Shown here: piece by piece, positions 7,607 to 15,106 of the stretch
How positions within the stretch are numbered: position 1 is the first letter of the stretch
Layout of the letters: every line of letters begins with the position of its first letter
DNA from: a virus
Taxonomy: Duplodnaviria > Caudoviricetes
DNA length: 38,341 bases
Virus record (IMG/VR): IMGVR_UViG_3300020045_005409
Coordinates: 1-38,341 of that record
Reading direction: 5' to 3' (one strand)
Program-made: the position numbers and the translations under genes
The notes under the pieces: model-generated
What the model saw: the letters and a program-made list of their open reading frames with translations, nothing else
Databases searched by the model: none
What the model was told of the DNA's origin: nothing

Positions 7607-8220
7607 CAAACCTACAAGAAACAAACACCAAACTAAGAAAGAAAGCGATATCGCTCAAGGGTAAGCAGTATGTCCTAGTATCCGACCGTATCCTAGCTTT
7701 CAACGACATGTACCCCAATGGATATATCCAAACCAAGATAGCCTCTTACAAGGACGGCAAGGTTATTGTCAAAGCCAAGGTAACACCAGATGTTACAAAC
7801 CCCACTAGAGCCTTCACAGGGTACTCACAAGCCGATGAAGCGGTGGGGATGGTGAATAAGACTAGTGCGCTTGAGAATGCCGAAACTAGCGCCGTAGGTC
7901 GTGCCTTGGCAATGATGGGTATTGGGGTCTTAGATTCAATAGCTTCTGCAGATGAAATGAGAAAAGCTGGAGTAAATAACCTAGTGAAGTCATGGAAAGA
8001 TAATCATGAACCGTCCGACGCTTCGTCTGATACCATGACAGATCCACCAGCAAACAGTCTGTTCTGTAAAGAGCACGGCTGCGATGTGCCAGAAAGAATG
8101 AGTAAATCTGGAAACTCCTACTGGGGTTGTACCGCCGGAGGTAAAATGCATTTCTTGAATCATCCTGGACAGGCAGAGAAGACTCAAGATTATGCAGACG
8201 ATCAGAAACTAGCTTACTAA
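7603..8220 (+). CDS. Rad52/Sak-like single-strand annealing protein
   Basis: KGKQYVLVSDRI...SALENAETSAVGRALAMMGIG...IASADEM; C-terminal C/H Zn motif. Confidence 0.7.
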   Translation: MTNLQETNTKLRKKAISLKGKQYVLVSDRILAFNDMYPNGYIQTKIASYKDGKVIVKAKVTPDVTNPTRAFTGYSQADEAVGMVNKTSALENAETSAVGRALAMMGIGVLDSIASADEMRKAGVNNLVKSWKDNHEPSDASSDTMTDPPANSLFCKEHGCDVPERMSKSGNSYWGCTAGGKMHFLNHPGQAEKTQDYADDQKLAY

Positions 8221-8221
8221 T

Positions 8222-8506
8222 ATGAAAACTAAGTACGTTAAAGAAACTAAGTACTGGGTGATTAGGATAAGCCGCGATGAGTACTCAAGGTACGTTGACT
8301 TGATACAAGCTAACCGCGATATCAGAGGTGAGTTACTAGGGATGCTGATAGGTAAGGCTAAGCCTCTCCGTAAGTACACTCTATGTAAGCACTGTGGTAA
8401 GAAGATCGCGGCAGGAGATCTGTGTGATGTTCCATTCAGATCAGGTAACTGGCATAAGGATTGTGATAAAGAAGCAGAGAGAATACTAATCAAAAAGATA
8501 TCATGA
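8222..8506 (+). CDS. Hypothetical Zn-binding protein
   Basis: CKHCGKKIAAGD...WHKDC. Confidence 0.65.
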   Translation: MKTKYVKETKYWVIRISRDEYSRYVDLIQANRDIRGELLGMLIGKAKPLRKYTLCKHCGKKIAAGDLCDVPFRSGNWHKDCDKEAERILIKKIS

Positions 8507-8634
8507 GAATCATAATGCTTCGAGCTAAAATTAAGACAACTGGTGAATGGATGAGGTGGCCTGAACAGTATCCTCCCGGTGAATCGGTTATGAAGTTACT
8601 AGACATGAGTACACTAGAAATAGTTATTAAATAA
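8503..8634 (+). CDS. 43-aa protein resembling a YopX-like N-terminus
   Basis: Below the ORF-track cutoff; MRIIMLRAKIKTTGEW...; ATGA overlap. Confidence 0.5.
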   Translation: MRIIMLRAKIKTTGEWMRWPEQYPPGESVMKLLDMSTLEIVIK

Positions 8635-8635
8635 C

Positions 8636-8692
8636 ATGGCAAAGAGACACCAGAAAAGGATTAGACAGAAGAATAAGAGCGGACATAAGTAG
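8636..8692 (+). CDS. 18-aa basic micropeptide
   Basis: MAKRHQKRIRQKNKSGHK; starts 1 nt after the upstream stop. Confidence 0.35.
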   Translation: MAKRHQKRIRQKNKSGHK

Positions 8693-8749
8693 GCCTCTCT
8701 CCTGGCCAGTCTAGTTTCTCTAATTCTAGGCTGGCTGTGAGAGTGGTTT
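8691..8749 (+). promoter_or_regulatory. Long interrupted hairpin (RNase III-like processing or stability site)
   Basis: AGGCC/GGTTT, CTCTC/GAGAG, GGCCAGTCTAG/CTAGGCTGGCT. Confidence 0.6.
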
Positions 8750-8765
8750 ATTAAAATAAAAATAT

Positions 8766-9014
8766 ATGCAAACACTTAAATACTTAGATAAAGACGACCT
8801 AGAGGAGAACTTGTTACATTCTGCTGGTCTGATTGGTGACGAGGTAGACGGTCTGTCAAATGAGATATTGCAGATATTTAAGGAACACGGTACGTTTTCT
8901 GGTATGGAGAACGACGAAGAGATGGATGAGTGGTTTGAAAAGACTGGGTATTTCGACGTGCAAGCTAAATGGGAGAAGAAGATACTGAAAAGGGTGTTTG
9001 ATTGTCTGGTTTAG
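8766..9014 (+). CDS. Acidic hypothetical protein
   Basis: 82 aa, D/E-rich, A-rich leader. Confidence 0.7.
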   Translation: MQTLKYLDKDDLEENLLHSAGLIGDEVDGLSNEILQIFKEHGTFSGMENDEEMDEWFEKTGYFDVQAKWEKKILKRVFDCLV

Positions 9015-9015
9015 T

Positions 9016-9051
9016 TGCCCTATTGACAGTGGGGTATTGACGGTATAAAGT
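9016..9051 (+). promoter_or_regulatory. Early sigma70 promoter, copy 2 of the 27-bp repeat
   Basis: TTGACA-N17-TAAAGT. Confidence 0.75.
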
Positions 9052-9054
9052 GAA

Positions 9055-9203
9055 TATAGTTCTTTTAAATAACGAATCAAGCAAGAACCACAAACCCCTC
9101 GCCGTAGCCCTCTTGCTGGTTCTGAAGTCTAGCTAGGATTAGTCTTTGCAGGCCGTTCACTTCCTGCTCGTAAGATTGACCGTGGCTTGACCTTAGAGCT
9201 ATA
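9055..9203 (+). ncRNA. Structured RNA domain 1 (four-way junction)
   Basis: TATAGTTCT/AGAGCTATA, TCAAGC/GCTTGA, AGAACCA/TGGTTCT, AGTCT/GGATT, AGTCTT/AAGATT enclosing GCAGG/CCTGC. Confidence 0.6.
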
Positions 9204-9209
9204 GAACTT

Positions 9210-9391
9210 TAAATACTTGGGTAGCGCAAATAGGGAGCGTAACGTTATGTAGCTACAACTTAGGAAACGTGCATCTCTACAGTAGGTCGACTCATTATCG
9301 ACTGGCTAGAGATCATTAGTACTCGTGCAGGGTGACTGTACTCGACTTCGGGAGAAGACAAATAGAGTCAAATCCCTGCCCCAAGTGTTTA
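9210..9391 (+). ncRNA. tRNA-Leu(UAG)-like cloverleaf with three insertions (non-canonical or pseudo-tRNA)
   Basis: Acceptor ACTTGGG/CCCAAGT, TA, D-arm GCGC..GCGT, anticodon stem ACGTT/AACGT with loop ending CT-TAG-GA, long variable arm, T-arm GCAGGG..TCAAAT-CCCTGC. Confidence 0.6.
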
Positions 9392-9419
9392 GTGTTTTAT
9401 TAAAAATTAGAAAAATTAG

Positions 9420-10043
9420 ATGAAAAACAAAAGTAAGTTTAGAACCCACGAGATTATCTTGATGGGATTTTGGATAGTGTTGTGGATCGCATTATTAAGT
9501 TACGCTATTTACAAATATGGATGGTCTAAGTCTGTTTCTACTCCTCTCGTTAGTCCTCTTGATGGCGTATGCCGTCAGACTGGCGAAGAAAGTCACTTCA
9601 ATAGCGTCGAATTGCCAACGTGCGAACAGTATCTTGAATACAAGAATTCTGGAACTGTCAAACAAGGTAGTGACGCAGGCGAAAGAGTTGGAACTCATGT
9701 CAGGAGTATTACAAAAGTTAGCTGTGAGACCCCCAAAGGATACCTCGAGTGCAAAGCCTACAAAAAAGAAATAACCTGGGAGCAGTACAAGGTCATGTAC
9801 GCCATCGCTATGGCCGAGAGTAGGTTTAGACCTAATGCTACTAATGTCAATAAAAATGGATCGATTGACAGAGGAATTTTTCAAGTCAACGATAAGTTTC
9901 ATCCAAAGCTGACTAATGACCTAGCTTTCTCGTTCAAAGAGAACATAGACTATGCTATAAAACTCATGAAGAGAAGCGGATTCACACCGTGGTCAGCATT
10001 CAAAAATGGTTCGTACGTTAAGTTCTTAGCAGAAGCAGAATGA
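9420..10043 (+). CDS. Membrane-anchored lytic transglycosylase (SLT/lysozyme-like)
   Basis: N-terminal TM helix; AIAMAES (catalytic Glu), NKNGSIDRGIFQVN, GFTPWS. Confidence 0.85.
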   Translation: MKNKSKFRTHEIILMGFWIVLWIALLSYAIYKYGWSKSVSTPLVSPLDGVCRQTGEESHFNSVELPTCEQYLEYKNSGTVKQGSDAGERVGTHVRSITKVSCETPKGYLECKAYKKEITWEQYKVMYAIAMAESRFRPNATNVNKNGSIDRGIFQVNDKFHPKLTNDLAFSFKENIDYAIKLMKRSGFTPWSAFKNGSYVKFLAEAE

Positions 10044-10333
10044 AAGTAACTTGCTGGAATTCAAACATCATCTTAATGGCTGAGAGCGAGCAGGACTCCT
10101 ACTGGTTAAATGACTGGTGGTACAGATTTGAAGATAGGAAATCACTTGTTAACCATACAGATTTAATTATTGGAGAGTTTGACACAGATGGAACACTGAA
10201 AATACTTAACGAATACCACAATCCAATAGAGAAGAAAAAGGACAACTACTATTATGTTGAGACAGATCACGTCGCAAAGTGTGGTGTAGAAGGCCAACTG
10301 GTAGGAATAAAAATTAGCAGTTACTTAAACTAA
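10040..10333 (+). CDS. Hypothetical protein
   Basis: ATGA overlap, operon context. Confidence 0.65.
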   Translation: MKVTCWNSNIILMAESEQDSYWLNDWWYRFEDRKSLVNHTDLIIGEFDTDGTLKILNEYHNPIEKKKDNYYYVETDHVAKCGVEGQLVGIKISSYLN

Positions 10334-10336
10334 AAT

Positions 10337-10489
10337 ATGATAAACAAACTTATTTGCTGGATACTAGGACACATAATCACCTACGAAGGGGATCCCCAAT
10401 GGGAAATACTGTCCGATGGGGCAAGAATCAAAAGGTGGAAAGTTGGTTGGTATACGCGATGCCCCAGATGTGGTAAGAAACTAGATTAA
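10337..10489 (+). CDS. 50-aa DUF1660-like protein
   Basis: Below cutoff; MINKLICWILGH...TRCPRCGKKLD. Confidence 0.65.
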   Translation: MINKLICWILGHIITYEGDPQWEILSDGARIKRWKVGWYTRCPRCGKKLD

Positions 10490-10493
10490 AGAT

Positions 10494-10802
10494 ATGAAAC
10501 AACTAATTGAGAAGATTGACAAGGAATTTGATAATAAGTTTGCAGTTATCCACTCTCCGTGGGGTGACGACTTCAGCTGGGCTGATAATGCTGACAGTCA
10601 AGCGACTAAAATTAAGAACTTCATCCACCAGTCCGTGCAAGAGGCTGTAGAAGCTGAGAGAGAGCGGTATAGAGTTTGGGTAGAATACGAAGTTATTGGT
10701 ATGTTCGGAGGCAGTAACCCAGAGGAGAGAAAGAAAATGAGAACAAGACTAGACGATTACGAGGCCTTCTCAATTATGCAGGAGAGGATAAAAGGAGAAT
10801 GA
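10494..10802 (+). CDS. Hypothetical protein
   Basis: Operon context; IKNFIHQSVQEAVEAERER helix. Confidence 0.65.
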   Translation: MKQLIEKIDKEFDNKFAVIHSPWGDDFSWADNADSQATKIKNFIHQSVQEAVEAERERYRVWVEYEVIGMFGGSNPEERKKMRTRLDDYEAFSIMQERIKGE

Positions 10803-10996
10803 AAACTAAACAACCACCTATGCCACCTACTCTAGAAAGAATCGGCATACTAGAGACAGTAGAAACGGAAAAAGAGATTGAGACAAACATCGTCATGCTT
10901 GTCACTCGAGCCAGGATGGACGGCGGGGAAATCAGGTTTAGGGTTGGATGGATGAAATGTAAATTAATTATAGAAAACATACACGATTATGACTAA
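10799..10996 (+). CDS. Hypothetical protein
   Basis: ATGA overlap; AAGGAG upstream. Confidence 0.6.
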   Translation: MKTKQPPMPPTLERIGILETVETEKEIETNIVMLVTRARMDGGEIRFRVGWMKCKLIIENIHDYD

Positions 10997-11507
10997 ACAA
11001 CCACTCTATTACGAGATCATCTTGAATCAGGGATACAAAACTAAAGTAGACAAGATTGATTTCGATTACTTTGAAAATACTAGACTGAGTGTGAGGATCA
11101 ATCGCGGCATACCGAGGGCTGTTTATTCACACTGGGATAAGACAAAAAAGAAACATGTCGTAGAGCTTGTTTCCAGGTTAATAACTAGAGCCCCTAAAGG
11201 TATGGTAGTTGATCACAAAAATAGAGATACTCTGGATAATAGACGATCGAATCTCAGAATATGTACAAGAGTGCAGAATCAACAAAATAGAGGCGTATTC
11301 AAAAGTAATACTTCGGGATACAAAGGGGTTTGGTTCAGAAAGGAGAGAGACAAATGGTACTGCGTGGTTAAGACTGGGGGTAAACGCACATATCGTGGTG
11401 GTTTTTCTACCAAAGAAGAGGCGGCAATTGAGTACAACAACGTGGTGCGTAAGTTGTTTGGCGAGTTTGCTTTTTTGAACAAAGTTAATAATTACATATC
11501 TCAATGA
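10989..11507 (+). CDS. HNH-AP2 homing endonuclease
   Basis: VDHKNRDTLDNRRSNLR (HNH_3); NTSGYKGV...YRGGFSTKEEAAIEYN..LFGEFAFLN (AP2). Confidence 0.9.
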   Translation: MTKQPLYYEIILNQGYKTKVDKIDFDYFENTRLSVRINRGIPRAVYSHWDKTKKKHVVELVSRLITRAPKGMVVDHKNRDTLDNRRSNLRICTRVQNQQNRGVFKSNTSGYKGVWFRKERDKWYCVVKTGGKRTYRGGFSTKEEAAIEYNNVVRKLFGEFAFLNKVNNYISQ

Positions 11508-11884
11508 AGACTAGAGAACCCTTGTACTATATTGTTTTAAAAGAACTGCCTGGTATTCCAGTGGGGAGTAAGATGTACAAAAAGGAGGGTGATTATTATT
11601 GCACTAACCCCCTCCTTAATAGTAAATCTACTTTTGAAATATGGGAATGCTATCTTTATCCGTGTTGGTTTAAACCTGTGTATAAGAAGAGGAGATGGAG
11701 GCCGGCATACGGAGAAACCTATTACGGTATCTCTTCGTATGGAAGTATATGCCAGGGACCCTGGCTGAGCGACACGGTGGATGAAGACTACTACCGTTTT
11801 GGTACAGTCTTCAAAACTCGTGAACTCGCCGAGAAAGCTAGAGATAAGGTGAGGAAAGTTTTATTAAGTTGTAAGCACTCGTAA
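11504..11884 (+). CDS. Hypothetical phage protein
   Basis: WRPAYGETYY...FGTVFKTRELAEKA type C-terminus. Confidence 0.7.
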   Translation: MKTREPLYYIVLKELPGIPVGSKMYKKEGDYYCTNPLLNSKSTFEIWECYLYPCWFKPVYKKRRWRPAYGETYYGISSYGSICQGPWLSDTVDEDYYRFGTVFKTRELAEKARDKVRKVLLSCKHS

Positions 11885-11904
11885 ATTATTAAATAATTAA
11901 AAAT

Positions 11905-12207
11905 ATGAAGACAATAACTGTCGATGGTGTGAAGTACTCTCCAGTGGCCGAATCTGGAGATTTAAAAATAGTCATTCTCCAAAGAGGATGGATTATGGTT
12001 GGTAGATTAGAAAAGAAAGGTAGTGATTGTAAACTACACGATGCTTCAGTGATAAGGAACTGGGGAACCACAAAAGGTCTGGGTGAGATAGCTATGGGAG
12101 GGCCAACCAAAGATACTAAATTAGATGAATGTGGCGGAGTGGTGGAATTCGATTATTTAACGGTTGTGGCCTGCATTAGTTGTAACGAAGACAAATGGAA
12201 GAAATAG
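11905..12207 (+). CDS. Conserved phage hypothetical protein
   Basis: IVILQRGWIMVG...IRNWGTTKGLGEIA; directly upstream of a Gly-X repeat ORF. Confidence 0.75.
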   Translation: MKTITVDGVKYSPVAESGDLKIVILQRGWIMVGRLEKKGSDCKLHDASVIRNWGTTKGLGEIAMGGPTKDTKLDECGGVVEFDYLTVVACISCNEDKWKK

Positions 12208-12386
12208 CCGAGAAGAGAACCATAAACTTCGAGGACTCTAAATCATCATTTGGCAACGGCGACGGCGACGGCAACGGCTACGGCGACGGCGACGGCAACG
12301 GCGACGGCAACGGCTACGGCGACGGCGACGGCAACGGCGACGGCGACGGCAACGGCGACGGCAACGGCTACGGCGACGGCGTATGA
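12195..12386 (+). CDS. Gly-(Asp/Asn/Tyr) repeat protein
   Basis: 63 aa, mostly GD/GN/GY. Confidence 0.7.
   Translation: MEEIAEKRTINFEDSKSSFGNGDGDGNGYGDGDGNGDGNGYGDGDGNGDGDGNGDGNGYGDGV
12252..12380 (+). repeat. Hexanucleotide tandem repeat (GGC-DAC) x21
   Basis: GGCAAC/GGCGAC/GGCTAC units. Confidence 0.95.
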
Positions 12387-12673
12387 CCCTAGCCGCTAAA
12401 CTACGTCCTATCCTCAAAGAAATAGAAGAGACTATCTGGGATCACGAAGCGATGTATCCTGGTGAACCAATTGAATGGACACGGGAGGACTTGATATCGT
12501 CCCTAAAGGTCGTTATGAGTACGTGTTTGGTCTTAGGAGTCAAGAAGATGGAAACAGAGGGAAATAGTCATGAAGACGATCTAAACAAAACCCTATTATT
12601 CGGGCACGCCATGAGCAAACTAATAAAAGACTTCACCGGTGAAGATCCTAAGACTTTCTACACTAAATCCTAG
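12383..12673 (+). CDS. Hypothetical protein
   Basis: ATGA overlap. Confidence 0.65.
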   Translation: MTLAAKLRPILKEIEETIWDHEAMYPGEPIEWTREDLISSLKVVMSTCLVLGVKKMETEGNSHEDDLNKTLLFGHAMSKLIKDFTGEDPKTFYTKS

Positions 12674-12926
12674 TTAATACGCTAGGGTGGACACTTGCCA
12701 CTCCCTCACCGTCATCAAACCTAACTAGAACCTCACCACCAAAGCCTACGCCTGGACGCATACCGTTGACTCTATCTCTATACCCTACGGCCACACCATG
12801 CTTGATTGATCTTGAACCATAAGTTACTGTCACTCTGTACCACCGGTCTTCTGGGAGGAAGTTACACAAACAATCGTACTCTTGACCTTCAAAGATGACA
12901 GGAGCTTTCGGTTCGTATTCTTTCAT
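12663..12926 (-). CDS. Hypothetical protein, lone reverse-strand gene in the early region
   Basis: TATAAT 6 nt before ATG 12926 (leaderless). Confidence 0.6.
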   Translation of the reverse strand: MKEYEPKAPVIFEGQEYDCLCNFLPEDRWYRVTVTYGSRSIKHGVAVGYRDRVNGMRPGVGFGGEVLVRFDDGEGVASVHPSVLTRI

Positions 12927-12932
12927 GGCCAA

Positions 12933-12964
12933 ATTATACCCCTATTGACAGGGGGTAATAAAAT
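12933..12964. promoter_or_regulatory. Divergent leaderless promoters flanking a CCCTATTGACAG operator-like site
   Basis: Minus TATAAT at 12933-12938; plus TAAAAT at 12959-12964; partial copy of the 7061/9016 repeat between them. Confidence 0.55.
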
Positions 12965-12969
12965 TGAGT

Positions 12970-13278
12970 ATGGGACTAGAAAGAGAAGATGGTTTTAGTT
13001 TTTACGTTCTTAGAGTTGGTACTTATGAGAAGCTAAAGTCAGGTGATTTTATGGTGGCTGTTACATATACCGACCAAGACAAACTACACGTCAAGTACAT
13101 GGGGTCGGTAGTTGAGTTGGCCGATGGGCTGTTTGCAAAAGCTATGATAGACAGATTGTGTCTAGAAGAAGAGGAAAACAAAGAGGCTGTATTTATACTG
13201 TTCAGCAAACATGATTGGGAAAATAACCGTGATATGTTAGGCCCATGGGGAGAGGAAACAGATGACGATGACGATTAG
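12970..13278 (+). CDS. Hypothetical protein with acidic C-terminus
   Basis: ATG 5 nt after TAAAAT. Confidence 0.6.
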   Translation: MGLEREDGFSFYVLRVGTYEKLKSGDFMVAVTYTDQDKLHVKYMGSVVELADGLFAKAMIDRLCLEEEENKEAVFILFSKHDWENNRDMLGPWGEETDDDDD

Positions 13279-13624
13279 CCCTAGATCAGAATACAACGAG
13301 CAGTGTACGCTGGTTGAGTACCTTGACCTTCTTAAGGCCACAGGTAAGATACTGATGTATACAGCCCTTCCAAACAATCTATTTACCAAATCGTGGTCAC
13401 AGAAGGTTAAACAGAAGAGACAGGGGCTAAAGCCTGGTTTTCCAGATCTAGTTATCGTCACAAAAGACAAGGTCATATTCCTAGAGATGAAGAGAGTTAG
13501 GGGAGGAGTGCTATCAGATGAACAGATGGTGTGGCTAGAGGCACTCAAAGGCAAGCAAACAGTATCAGGAGTAGCGAAGGGATTTGATAAGGCTAAGGCT
13601 TATTTAGATGAGGTCTTGGGTTGA
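13262..13624 (+). CDS. VRR-NUC domain nuclease (Holliday junction resolvase-like)
   Basis: SE...Q...GLKPGFPDL...FLEMKR..GGVLSDEQ..W. Confidence 0.88.
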   Translation: MTMTISPRSEYNEQCTLVEYLDLLKATGKILMYTALPNNLFTKSWSQKVKQKRQGLKPGFPDLVIVTKDKVIFLEMKRVRGGVLSDEQMVWLEALKGKQTVSGVAKGFDKAKAYLDEVLG

Positions 13625-13854
13625 ACATAAAGACTAGTCCCGCTCCACTTGCTGAATAGGTCCGCAAGCATACCGTAGAAGGCATACAAGGCCACTAGGG
13701 CGGCTGCTTCTCGAGATGTACCCATTTGCAACTGTGCAAAGAAGATCGCCACTATGGGAGCGGTGAACTTCAAAAGGTTCACCCAGAATTTCTTAACATC
13801 TTGAGGGATGAGTTCGTTCTTGGGGGATACGACTATTTCGTTTGTTTTTGCCAT
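13600..13854 (-). CDS. Putative holin (two TM helices)
   Basis: Two hydrophobic segments, at the end of the lysis cassette. Confidence 0.55.
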   Translation of the reverse strand: MAKTNEIVVSPKNELIPQDVKKFWVNLLKFTAPIVAIFFAQLQMGTSREAAALVALYAFYGMLADLFSKWSGTSLYVQPKTSSK

Positions 13855-13876
13855 GTTTTTTGCTTACTACTAATAT

Positions 13877-14014
13877 CTACACCCCAGAAATGTTTCTTAA
13901 TATAGTCTTCTTGTTTCTATTCAAGGCACGTTTTACCTCCATAATAAGTTTGTCTAGCTTATTGACGTCTCTCGCTGCCTCTATGTTTGGGATGTAAGTC
14001 ACTTTTTTTGCCAT
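13877..14014 (-). CDS. 45-aa basic hypothetical protein
   Basis: Below cutoff; MAKKVTYIPNIEAARDVNKLDK...; fills the gap between endolysin and holin. Confidence 0.45.
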   Translation of the reverse strand: MAKKVTYIPNIEAARDVNKLDKLIMEVKRALNRNKKTILRNISGV

Positions 14015-15102
14015 ATGCTTTTAAATCTTTCAACTAATAGATTCAATAAGGGTAATTCTACTGCTACAGAGTGATTTGTGCGAAGGGTCCTGATGAGGTT
14101 TACAACAGACTCGTTATCTTCAACCACGTATCCAACACTTCTAATAGCTTTGTAAAGTTCTTCACGTTCACGCTTGAGGGAGTCATAGTCACGACCTAAT
14201 CTAACTTGAGCGGCGTCTAACTCTTTCCACTTAAGGGTTAGCTCGCTTACTTGTTCGGCCAGTGCTTTGATTTGTTTTTGTGCGTCTGGTAGTTTGTCAG
14301 CCTCAACAACTAAGTCATTGACGGCTTTTAAGATTCTTGGTAGGTCTTGGGTACAGTCTAAGGCAGTAGCCACACTAGACTTGTAGTTAGCCAGCTCCTC
14401 ACGCAGTTTGTTGTTTTCAATTCGGTTAGATTCTGCCTCACGCATTAGATCACCTTTGAGAGTCCCTACAATGCCCTCTAAGTCTTTGATTCGAGCATTA
14501 GCGTTAGTTAGGTCAATTTCTCTTTTTGGGAGCAGATTGTAGCGTTCCACAGCCTCACGCACATCACCTTCGGTCAGGATTTTATTGTCGTCTAGGATCT
14601 GCAAACGTATATCCATAGTTTCCTTAACGGGACTTTTTATATGAAAAACTCTAATCCCAAGGATCCCACCAAGTGTACCATAACGCTTTGATAGCCTATC
14701 GTCTGTGCCTGTCCACGGGTCACCAATGAGGGGGTCAGCGTCAACGCTCTTCAGGAGTACGAAGTGAGTTCCCGTCCCACCAATACCCTTGGCTGATACT
14801 TTACATACCGTTATGGTCTCAAAACCAAAATGAAGATCAGTGTAAGGCTCCATAGACTTGAATGAGGTGAAAATGTCACCCCATTTAGAGACGATGTTAC
14901 CTACATCTATGTAGTTTTTAAATTCACCAGTCCATAGGTTTCTGTCCTTGAGTTCCCTGTTGAGAGTTGAGGGAGTAAAGCTGTAACCGGCTAGATTAAG
15001 ACCCTCACAAAGAGAGGTGAGGTAACAACCGTATGCCCCAATATTTCCACTTCCAAAGCCCATTATCTCTAAATTCCATTTGGGGTCACGTTGACTTAGC
15101 AT
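13999..15102 (-). CDS. Putative endolysin: C39-like cysteine peptidase plus long coiled coil
   Basis: SQRDPKW, GCYLTSL (Cys), GTHFVL (His), IGDPW (Asp); heptad-rich C-terminal half. Confidence 0.75.
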   Translation of the reverse strand: MLSQRDPKWNLEIMGFGSGNIGAYGCYLTSLCEGLNLAGYSFTPSTLNRELKDRNLWTGEFKNYIDVGNIVSKWGDIFTSFKSMEPYTDLHFGFETITVCKVSAKGIGGTGTHFVLLKSVDADPLIGDPWTGTDDRLSKRYGTLGGILGIRVFHIKSPVKETMDIRLQILDDNKILTEGDVREAVERYNLLPKREIDLTNANARIKDLEGIVGTLKGDLMREAESNRIENNKLREELANYKSSVATALDCTQDLPRILKAVNDLVVEADKLPDAQKQIKALAEQVSELTLKWKELDAAQVRLGRDYDSLKREREELYKAIRSVGYVVEDNESVVNLIRTLRTNHSVAVELPLLNLLVERFKSIWQKK

Positions 15103-15106
15103 AGGT

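Noticed and set aside
12252-12380. AAC/GAC/TAC variation resembling DGR adenine mutagenesis
   Set aside because: No reverse transcriptase and no template/variable repeat pair; an ordinary coding microsatellite explains it.
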